DNA from: Podarcis filfolensis | Taxonomy: Eukaryota | Assembly: GCA_964270895.1 (NCBI GenBank) | Contig: OZ185440.1 | Reading direction: 5' to 3' (one strand) | DNA: 64,000 nucleotides | In this document: one piece after another, positions 26,101 to 36,200 of the stretch | Numbering within the stretch: the first letter of the stretch is position 1 | How the letters are laid out: the number at the start of each line of letters is the position of its first letter | Made by a program: the position numbers and the translations under genes | Notes under the pieces: model-generated | The model's database searches: none | What the model was told of the DNA's origin: nothing | Seen by the model: the letters and a program-made list of their open reading frames with translations, nothing else

Positions 26101-29100
26101 TGTTCAAGACTCCCTGCAATAGAACTGGCGCCTTTGTAAGGAAGAAGTGCTGATTTCCCTAATATAAAGTGCTAAATTTTGCTAACAAACGCTTCAGCAT
26201 AGGAGTTTGTGGAAGGGGTATGATGTTCCTTTTCTAAAGTTTATATATTTGTTTCCTATGGTGACTGGTTTCTTCAGTTGCCTGCTTTAAGGCAGGAGTT
26301 CCTGAGTTGGTCCATCAACCACCAGTGGTCCACAAGCTTCATTCAGGTGGTCTGTGTTATGTCTGTAAAAATAAAATTGGAATCATGGAGCATCTAGCAC
26401 AGGGCACTACAGTTGCTACAACAAGCAGAAAAATCAAGTGGTCTGCCAAGATCCTTAGCAATTGCCTTTCTATCCATTTCTTTGACTTTCAAATAACTTT
26501 GCTTTAGGAGAGTGAAGAAGACGATGTTGGGAACTTAGAACTGGCTTGGGATATGCTGGAGTTAGCAAAAGTAATATACAAAAGGTATGTCTGGGAGTTC
26601 TGACAAATATTGCCTTTTTATACAACTAAAGGTGTTATGACAATCTTGCTGACTCTGCCTTCTTGATCTAGACAGGACACGAAAGAAGCTCAGCTCCTTG
26701 TTGCTCAGGCTCACCTAAAACTAGGAGAAGTTAGCATCGAATCTGGTAACTACCTTAAAGTTGCTTAGGCATGCAGTGGATTAATTTCTGATACTATTAT
26801 TCATATTTCCACTGCATATGATGTTTTAGTTTTTGCATGTCCATTACATATTATATAAACTGTCAGTAATATATTTTATATTCACTTTACAGTATTCATA
26901 TTTTCAAAGCTGCTCAGACTTTATCAACTAGCTCAGAGTTTATCAACTAAGCCTTTTATTTTGGACACCTCATACTGTACTTCGTTATAATACAGTTACC
27001 TATACTATTGGGAAGTACGCTGGTAGATTGGTTACTTTTATTCTACTGTGGCCTAGTTCAGATTCCCTGCTTATTAAAGCATAGCTTAGAAGCCTTGAAG
27101 AACGAATAGAGGCCCCTCGCCTTGGTCCTTTCTCAGTGTTTACACCCTGGTTAAATGGTAATTAAATTTCAGTTAGCTATTCTGCCTAATAATAATAATT
27201 ACACTAATTTTATTTATACCCTGTCCATCTGGCTGGGTTTCCCCAGCCACTCTGGTCGGCTTACAACATATCTGAAAACATCAATCCTTAGAAACTTCAG
27301 ATGTCTTCTAAAAGTAAGATAGTTGTTTATTTCCTTGACATCTGAAGGGAAGGCATTCCACAGGGACGGCATCATTACCAAGAAGGCCCTCTGCCTGGTT
27401 CCTAAATGCGACTTTGTCTATCTACTAACCAGGAACTTAAACTATAGTTCCCTGTTTTGAATATAATGGCTAATTGGAGTTTAACCAAACCAGGATGTAG
27501 CTGATGAATAAGGGGAAAGGCATGGGAAGGAAGCTTGCAGTCTCCTCATTTGTTCTCAGCTGTTGAACTATGTTGAGCAAGCCAGATATGCTTTCTAGCC
27601 ACTGTTTCCACCAGTCTCTGCAGACTATATTAAATGTAAAATGTCCTATATTATTCAAAAATTGATACTGGAATCACGACAGGTTATAAAACTATTGATT
27701 GAAAACCTTTTTTCTACACTATGATTGAATTCTGCTTTGTACAAATTTCTACCTTCATATGAAAGTCCTGTGCTTTACTTTCTGTTTTTATTGTGCAGAA
27801 AACTACTCTCAAGCTATAGAAGAGTTCCGTTCTTGCCTGGCTCTTCAGCAGAAGTACTTAGAGGCCCATGACCGCTTGCTTGCAGAGACTCATTATCATC
27901 TGGGGTTGGCCTTTCACTATGATAATCAGTATGATGAAGCAGTGTTGCAGTATAGTAAATCGATGGAAGTCATTGATAAAAGAATGGGTAAGTGAAGTGC
28001 AGTTCTTCATGCAGATTTAGTTAAGCATCACCGTTACTGTGTCCTCCAAGCTCCAAATGTACAGTGTTGGGAAAGCTACAGAGCTAGTTTCTTGATGAAG
28101 AGGTGTTCAGAGAGCTAATGTGTCAGCTAGCAAACACTGCAAGAAATTTGGCAGCTGCTGCTGATCCTTGAGAATCTGTTTTAACATACACTGGGACAAA
28201 GCCCAAAACTGATGAGTAAATGGCTCTAAAAGTACTAATATCACCTAAATATCACCTTTTTAGCGATGTTGACTGAGCGACTAAAAACAAAAGGGGAGGG
28301 ATCAGCTGAGGATGAGAAGGAAATTGTAGAACTCGAGGGACTGCTTCCTGAAATTAAAGAGAAGATAGAAGATTCAAAGGAGTCTCAAAAGAGCGCAAGA
28401 ATAGCTGAACTGGCTCTGAAAGCAACTTTGGTGAGTCCTAGGCTTACTACTACCGTTTTTTGTGAACTTGTGCTAGAGAGGAGCAGATAGCAAAATAAAT
28501 TAAGCTGAGATACACAGCTGTAAATTGGAAGAAAGGATGCCATTGATACTTAGTTTTATAGTGGAAAATGCTAGATTTTTACTTTTTTTGGGGGGGTAGG
28601 AGATGACTTTTGAAGCACTGAGTTCAAAGACCTTACATTGAATAATTAATGATAAGATGACATGTAAAATTTGTTCCGGAGGATCCCCCAAACTCTTGAG
28701 CTGATTTTGAAGGAAGTTAGCTGGAGGTGACAGTAGATGAAGCACTGTTATAGGAATGGAAGTTGTTGCATCAGTGGAAATGCAGGCTTGAATATGTCCC
28801 TTATTCTTAAAGCAAGACTGCAGATAGCAACTGCAAAATAGCTTGGGGGTTCACACACTACAGATGAGACACCTGTTTACTTCTCTTGTGGTCTTAAAAA
28901 ACATTGGGAGCTTGAAAAATTAACTGCAGACCAGCTTCCTCATTATTGCTTCTCATTACACCTTAAATTTTATAAATTGTTCTTCAAAACCGATGGGCTC
29001 TTCATTGTACATGTTTATAGTTTAGTCCCAGTAGGCTTTTAATAGTGACTTTTAGACTGATAGATCTCTTTGTTTCCAGGTTGGTGGATCATCTTCTAGT

Positions 29101-31901
29101 TTTCCACAGGCAACTGAAAGCAATCCAACTTCAGCTGTAAGTGATACTAATCCCTAAAGCAAGCAGTTTAATTCTGCTGTTATATAGTATTTCATATTTT
29201 GCCTTCTGTTTTGTAACAGATCCCAGCTGGGCAAAAAACTGATGGAGCTCCTCAGTGTATTACAGACATCTCCCATCTTGTCAGAAAAAAGGTTTGTGTC
29301 CCATACAACTAACAAAAATAGGTAACCACTGGCTTGCAGTACTTGAACCAGGTGTAGGCAAACTTGGCCCTCCAGATGTTTTGGGACTACAGCTCCCACC
29401 ATCCCTAGCTAACAGGAACAGTGGTCAGGGATGATGGGAGTTGTAGTCCCAAAACATCTGGAGGGCCAAGTTTGCCTATGTCTGACTTAAGCCATCACTT
29501 AAAAGCTTCGATCATTCTGCTTCTACAAATTTTAGAAATCCTGCATAATATCTTCTCCACTGGGAGCCAATCAGCCTGAGAACCATCTAGCGCACTTGAT
29601 AGCTTTTGATGGTTTTGTGCTGTGCTGTGCTCATCTGACTCACCTTGGTTTAATTTCAAAGCTTAATTGTGTGGGTCCTGCAGGCACTTGAGAATTTAGA
29701 TGTGTTGGGGACCTGCAAAATTGTCCAGGGTAGAGATTCAGAGTTTACACGTAGCACGAAATCCATATAAACTGAATGTCACAGCCAGGCTGAGCTGGGT
29801 TCCCATATTTCAAGTGGAAAGGAGAATTGGTTAAAATAGCAAAGACAGTCTAAAACAAGCAAACTATTTGTATCTTAAGATACCCCCCCTTTTTTTTTTG
29901 ATGAAAAAATTCTTTATTGAAATTCATTAATGTCATTACAAATTTAACTTCACACATACATACAATATATACATATTCTTAAATTTGTTTAACTTAGAAT
30001 GTTAATTTAACCTAATTCCACTTAGGTATCAGCTAAGCTAAAATCATATAATGGTACATAAAATAAAGTAAAACAACAACAAATTAAAGTAAAATAAATA
30101 TAGATTTCCCAATATAGTTGACATTTGTGATATTGAATGTACTTATAATTATTACCTTACAATTGATACAATATTTTTTAATACTTTCGTACAACCTAGC
30201 ATACCAATTTTCCTTTATTTCTTAATATTTTATGTACACAAGGGTCATTCAAATACTACCATAGATAATATGTCACTGTTATTTTTTTGTAAGTATATCT
30301 TAAACATTTCCCATTTTTGAGAAAATCATTGTTTGGTGTTACCTCTTAACCTATTTGTTAATTGAGCCATTTCCACATAGTCTGTGTATCATCAACTTTT
30401 TGAGACATTCAGACAGGACAAATAAAATGAATTTGCCAATGAGCCCTCTAAATTTGAAATAGTGCTGTTAAATAATGACACCAAGATTATCACAAGGATG
30501 TACTGACTCCTCCTTGACTGGGAAGTCGAGAAGGTGAAGGTGGTCATGATTAGATGGGCGCAGGATATCAGATGTCCCATTATGATGAGAGAATGGGAAT
30601 CACTCTGGAAAATTAACATGAACTTTACTGCATGTCACACCATCAGAGAAAATATGATGAAAATGCAGTTTTGTTGGTACCTTACACCATCAAAAATCTC
30701 AAATGTATAAAAATAGTTTGAATAAGTGTTGGAAGTGTGGAGAAAAAATGGGAGATTTTTATCATACGTGGTGGACATGCAGAAAAGTCCAAAATTTTTG
30801 GAATATTTATGATGAGATGAAAAAACATTCAAATTAACATTTTTAAAGAAACCAGAAGCCTTTCTGTTAGGAATCTTGGGTAGAGACATTCCGAAAAATA
30901 TAAGAGAAATCTTTTTATATGCAACAGTGGCTGCCCGTCTATTGATAGCATCTAATTGGAAAGGAGGAAAGATACAATGTTAACAGAATGGCAAAAATAA
31001 AGATACCCTCTTAACAAAATCTCTCCATATATTTGATCTCTTTCTTTACTACAGTCTGCCTTCTGATTTTGAGAGCTATGTGTAGACTGTTAGGTAACCC
31101 AGAACTAGATTGCTTTCAGTATTGGAGGACAACTTTCCAATAGCTGAAGCAGCAATATGCACCTTATAACCTTTGCTGTAGCCCAGAACAGTTTTAAAGC
31201 ATAGTTCAGTTGGCAGCTTATTAATAGTAAATGCATAATAGCACTAGATATTCTTTATTAATACTTTACATTTGAAATTGTACTTGGTGAAGACTAAACA
31301 ATTTTGTCTTCAGAGGAAACCCGAGGAAGAAACTCAACAGGGAGATAATGAAGCTAAGAAATCTAAACCAGAACCGGCTGTCAATGGTGGTGGTGATGCT
31401 ACCCCCAGTGGAAATGTGGTTGCAGAGAAAAAGGAAGAGGAGGTGGGCTGTCGAGTCAGGAGTCTTTTGTATATTTTCCATTTCCCAGGCTCATCTTTCC
31501 TGCCTGCCTTTAATTGCTTGTTGGTCTTCTCTCCCAGACCACTTAAAGTTGGAAATTTGCTTGTGTCAAAATGCATGTTGGAATCTGTCTAAACTAAACC
31601 TGCTAGACTAGTTCTGTATACTTGCAGAATGCAGTATGTATCTCTTGGATGCTTTGAAATAGCAACTTTGCTTAAAGTACTATTTATGTAGGAGTCCTAA
31701 TTCTTTACATGATCAGAAGTAGAGAAAGAGATTTAAGACAGATTATCTAAGTGTAATCAATTGTACATAAGTGTGTTGAATGCTTTCAAGAGCTGTATTT
31801 AACTGGTCAGATAAAACAAATGCATGTCCTAAATTAATTTTTTTTTTTTTTTACAGGCAGAGGAAAGGCCACAAGTTGAAACAGTTCAAAGTGCTGTATG
31901 A
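17193..31901 (+). CDS. NASP: Nuclear autoantigenic sperm protein (histone chaperone), 754 aa long form / 438 aa short form
   Basis: join(17193..17242,17658..17768,20474..20554,20919..21022,21848..22795,24364..24524,26508..26584,26672..26745,27799..27987,28264..28430,29080..29136,29220..29291,31314..31442,31857..31901) = 2265 nt, GT-AG and in phase. Motifs [110 protein letters not shown] (NLS region). Confidence 0.96.
18057..18244. mobile_element. Degenerate Tigger-like MITE
   Basis: TIRs CAGTGGACCCTCGAGTTAC / GTATCCAGAGGGTTCACTG; TA on the 3' side only. Confidence 0.6.
19314..20375. repeat. Dispersed direct duplication of a ~290-bp unit (19314-19600 and 20084-20375), each holding two ~80-bp sub-repeats
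   Basis: Shared AAGTTATTGCATTGCATTC, ATGACACCTGATTGGCTCTCTAAA, CAGATAATTGAACAAA, TATGAGCCATCAAACCTTGGAAATA. Confidence 0.85.
21848..22795 (+). CDS. NASP: NASP large acidic cassette exon (tNASP-type), 948 bp, phase 1-1
   Basis: Begins [18 protein letters not shown], very Glu-rich, symmetric phase so it can be skipped in frame; corresponds to the exon absent from somatic sNASP. Confidence 0.9.
24393..24520 (+). repeat. Coding tandem repeat, 30-bp unit x4.3 ([10 protein letters not shown])
   Basis: GTTGAAGAGGATAAAGAAAATGACTCTGCA units start at 24393, 24423, 24453 and 24483, with a partial at 24513; only two substitutions across the full copies. Confidence 0.97.
25905..26075 (+). mobile_element. 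SINE-like element (related copies at ~2835-2975 minus and ~54545-54700 plus)
   Basis: B-box-like GGTTCAAATCCC followed by ...GCCATGAAGCTCACTG...GAGGATAAAATGGGGAG; family not determined. Confidence 0.5.
29349..29484. mobile_element. Palindromic hAT-type MITE (136 bp)
   Basis: CAGGTGTAGGCAAACTTGGCCCTCCAGATGTTTTGGGACTACA...TGTAGTCCCAAAACATCTGGAGGGCCAAGTTTGCCTATGTCTG is nearly fully self-complementary; imperfect 8-bp TSD ACTTGAAC/ACTTAAGC. Confidence 0.85.
29886..30999 (-). mobile_element. 5'-truncated, internally inverted L1-type LINE with target-site duplication
   Basis: Poly(T) at 29890-29899; minus-strand ORF2 end ([14 protein letters not shown]...[11 protein letters not shown]) at ~30290-30390; plus-strand ORF2 segment ([19 protein letters not shown]...[11 protein letters not shown]...[18 protein letters not shown]) at ~30400-30999 with stops and frameshifts; TSD AAGATACCC at 29877-29885 and 31000-31008. 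Confidence 0.85.
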
Positions 31902-31987
31902 TATAGTTTTAATATTGGACACTCCCTCCCAAGGCCAGTGGGTTTTGTATATAATGTATTTTTTCACTTTTGGCAACTTTTGTATTC

Positions 31988-31993
31988 AATAAA
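31988..31993 (+). terminator. NASP polyadenylation signal
   Basis: AATAAA 87 nt after the TGA at 31899-31901. Confidence 0.75.
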
Positions 31994-32309
31994 GATTACT
32001 CAAACATTTAACACTGCCTTTTGATAAAATTCAGCCGTATTCATGCATAAATACCTATTGTCTCCATCAGCAGACCTAAAGATGGTTGCATCTGCCTCCT
32101 AGCCAGTTCTACAACAGCAGTGCCAGGCTGGCTTTCAGTTGATGTACTGACTTGTAAATGTCTGGTTTGTAAGGGTTTAGGAAGCAAAGTAGCATTTTTT
32201 TGTGGTTAGAAAATTGTGGCCTAGATACTGAGCAGATATGGGGCCTAAATGTTGGTGGCATTTCTTCCTGGATTTAGTTTGAAACTGCAAGTCTGAGGAA
32301 GCACTAAAC

Positions 32310-32564
32310 CATGGGTAAGCAAACTAAGGCCCGGGGGCCGGATCCGGCCCATTCACCTTCTAAATCTGGCCCGCGGACGGTCCAGAAATCAGCGTGTTTT
32401 TACATGAGTAGAATGTGTCCTTTTAATTTAAAATGCAGCTATGGGTTATTTGTGCGGCATAGGAATTCGTTCATCCCCCCCCCAAAAAAATGTATAGTCC
32501 AGCCCCCCACAAGGTCTGAGGAACAGTGGACTGGCCCCCTGCTGAAAAAGTTTGCTGACCCCTG
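32310..32564. mobile_element. hAT-type MITE with perfect 8-bp TSD
   Basis: TIRs CATGGGTAAGCAAACT / AGTTTGCTGACCCCTG; TSD CACTAAAC at 32302-32309 and 32565-32572. Confidence 0.88.
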
Positions 32565-33236
32565 CACTAAACCATTTATGTCTACTGTGTCAGACTGGAA
32601 ATAGTTTTGAGAGGATGAGCCTCCTAGCAAATTTTGTGGGAGTCAAGCAGAGTGCAGGCTAGAGTAGCTGCAAATAGGAGGGAAGACAAAGGGTGGAACT
32701 TAAAATAGATCTGCTTTGACAAACTAAAAAATTGAATCAGGCTTGTGTTTGATGCAAAATGTTCTCATTTGTGTGTCAGACACATTACATTAACTCAGCT
32801 GGAAGAAGAGCCCAGGTTAAAGTAGGATTCTGTTGGGGAGAGATGATATAAGGGTGAGAGGCTCATGGGTGCTAGAATTAAACCACTACTTAGGAATGGT
32901 ATAAAGAAGATATGGAAAATACTCAGTCCGGAGAACTGATGCAGGTTTAGGTGCACAGCAGCCAATGTTTGTGCAGTTTCCAAGTAAGGAAGTGACACCT
33001 GGGTTTTTTTTTAAAAAGCAAAATAGCATGGCTGCTTCAAGCAGGTGATTATCCCTCATTCACTTCCAAGATGTCAGCCACATTAATATACTTTACCATA
33101 ACCACTAATAAAACACAGGTGGCCACTTGAGGTATTAGGCTACAGGATGGACATTCTTCATAAACTTAATAAAGTCTTGCAATGATTGCCAGTAGAGTAA
33201 GCTAGTATGTAGCCTAAGATGTCTTGTTCCTTCTCT

Positions 33237-36200
33237 TTAAATTTGTTCCAATGCCTTCAACTTTGTCTGAAAGAAAAACATGCAAGTCACAATTAAACCT
33301 GCACTGCTTATGGAGAATGTGGACCAGTAAGAAGTAAGCAGCACATAAGCGGCACACAAAGCACCACCAAACCATTCTACGTTCTAAATCTTATATTAAT
33401 AATCCAAAAATTGAGACAGAAGCCACAAACAGAAAACTCATTTAAATTTTGTCCTAAAGGAAGATTCAGTCTTTAAAGTTCCTTTAGCCAGGCTCCTGAA
33501 TCTTACTTTTGGACACAATTTGAATGAGTTTTCTGTTTGTGGCTTCTGTAGTAGATCTTGTACCTTGTTCTCTCAATTTTTGGATTATTAATATAAGATT
33601 TAGAACGTAGAATGGTTTGGTAGTGCTTTGTGTGCCGCTTATAATGCTGCTTGCTTCTTGCTGGTCTACAAGAATTGGCAGCATAGGTTCATTTCTTCAG
33701 TATGGAGAATGTGGAGCAAAGCTTTCGGTCAGGAAATGTATGTAGCAAGTTCCATTTGTTCTGATCTCACTAGAATGGGTGTACTTCAAACCTTGCAGTT
33801 AAATTATAATTTCATTTATGTCATAGGAGAGCTGCACTGTGGCTGTTGCTAGTTGACAAATTGTTCCATTCATAAGTAGGGCTATAGCCCAATTTTACCT
33901 GTTTTCTTGAAGTCTCCTGCAACATTAATTCTGCAATTTTTCTTCCAGAGGGTTCCTTATTGTACAGATCTGTTGTCTCTGGCAGATAAGATTGATCAAT
34001 ACTCTGAAACAAATGACAAGGTCAGCTAGGATGTGATGATCTAATGTGTGGTTAGTTTGTGCTCTGAACAGTTACTGGTAACCTTTTTAGTATACATGAT
34101 TTCTGACAATCCACTATAAACAAGTCACCTGGCTCTGTTTTACAATTTGGCTGCACAGAAAATTGATAAATGGTAAACAAGAAAGTGAGATTGCTTTTGG
34201 TTTTCTCCAGTGGATGGTTAATTAGTATGCTCATCCTTTTGTTTTCCTGGGTGGAATGAAAAGTTTGTGATTAGATTCACTTAGCTAGTATACGTACCCC
34301 TGATGTATATCTGAGTTCATCCCATCTTCCATCTGCTATGCGCACAACCACAGATGCACCTGGCACCAACTGGATCTGGAAGTTTCAAACTATAGCATTA
34401 AGTACATTCTTTTATATGTGTGATTGTTGAACAAGAATAATGATGAAACGTTGGGGATAAAGTAGGGCTTACATAGATTGCAGGCGCCTGTCATACCTGA
34501 GGCTGTTGAGGTTTTCATATAATTACAGAATATCCAAGTGCCTCCTTACTCTATACTGGAGCCTTCTACTCCAGGGTTAGTAGACCACATAAATGTTCCC
34601 CATTGCACCCAAATGAATCTGTAAAGCAGTGGTTCTCAAAGGGTGTGGCAAGAAGATTCAAGGACAATCAAATATTTAAACATTTCAGTGTAGTATACAG
34701 TAGTATAAAAAAAATGTATTTGCAGACTATGGATAAATATATTTACAAAAAAACACTAATTTGAGTTTCTTTTCTCTCAATGTATTTCTTACCAAACAAT
34801 TTGGTATGGCGTGAGCAAGTTTTTATTCTGGAAGTGTGGCCGAAAGAAAAACATTTTAGAACCACTGGTTCAGGTAAATTTTCAATTTAAAGATTACATT
34901 ATAAAGAAACATAGTCTTGTACATTGGTTTATCTGACTTGGCAGTCTTCAGGGAGGATCTCTCTGCAGCACAAACACACATTTTGGAATCCATTTGTATG
35001 ATGGTGGGGTTGATGTTGCAAACCACCTTCTGTCTTGCTCCCAAAAATCTTTGCCAGCCATGCTCCTTGGAACTTTCTGCACTTGCAGTAGTGTTTGAGA
35101 AAATTGGGGTTTGTGTGGTCTATCTTTTGCATCAGTTTTTGTTACTACCCTGTATAATACGATCTAGAAAAGGATTGCAAGTGCTCCCCTTACTTCACCG
35201 TTTTACTTCTTGGATAAGCTTTGTGAAGCTACTGCTCTATGCTTAACTAGTCTCATACCTCTTTCTTTTGGAGCATGCTCTTCATAATGCTGCTGCATTT
35301 CCCTTCAGATAAGGAAGCCAGGATGATCTGTTAAGGAAAGAACAAACCTTGAACCAGAAAAGAACAAACCACCTACTGTTTCTTTGCAGCATTCTTTTAG
35401 TAGACTACTGCAAGAGATTCCTTAAGTGAGAGAAATAGTGAGAAGTGCTCCCAAAACAATACAAAGTAACATTTTTAAAGCTTACTAATTTTGTACACAC
35501 CCCAAACAACATCTTGAAATTAGAAACTGATTGCTGACTTTGGACTAAATTATAGTAGTGTGTAAAAACAAGTGGGTCAAGAGCTGGTGACACGTAAGCC
35601 AAAGATGGGGTGGGGAATGCTTAGCAGTTATAGGCACTGGTTCATTGCTTTGCACCATCACCACCTCCAAAAGCTGGGAGAAATAGTTGCCATTTGTACC
35701 CTTTGTCATTGCTAAGATATTTGCAGGCATTAAGCGTACACAAGTAGGGACTTCAGAAAGTACTGAATTCTGTGGGGATGAGCCATCAGTTCTTAACTGA
35801 TGCTGCATTCACATAAAGCTCAAAAGTGGGGAAGTGGATAACTTTCAGCTTGACAGAATGGTGATATACAGGTGATGCAGGGAAACATTGTACAGAATAT
35901 ATGTGTGTGTGCGCACGCTAACAAGTGCATGCCCCTGCCCAGCTGCTGGAATTTGGTTGTTTTTGCAAGAAAATTGGCATGTATGTCTAACTTTTAGCTG
36001 ATTGGTTAAGTTAACTATACCTGACTGGGAGCCCCCTGGTATAAGGGCAGTTGGTAAATGCCAGTGTTGCAGTAACCTCTGGAAAACACATGAAGAGCTG
36101 TCCATGCCCCACTTTTCTGAGTGTAATGTAACTGTTCCCCTTTTAGCATGACTCTTCTTTGTGCTGCTTGGCATTCTTTTTCACCCGAGGCACATTGGGC

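Noticed and set aside
34917-35246. Hydrophobic 109-aa plus-strand ORF
   Set aside because: No splice or promoter context; lies antisense within the unnamed gene.
35655-35720. Possible extra exon (AMTKGTNGNYFSQLLE) in the unnamed gene
   Set aside because: Would start in phase 1 while the upstream exon ends in phase 0; weak donor.
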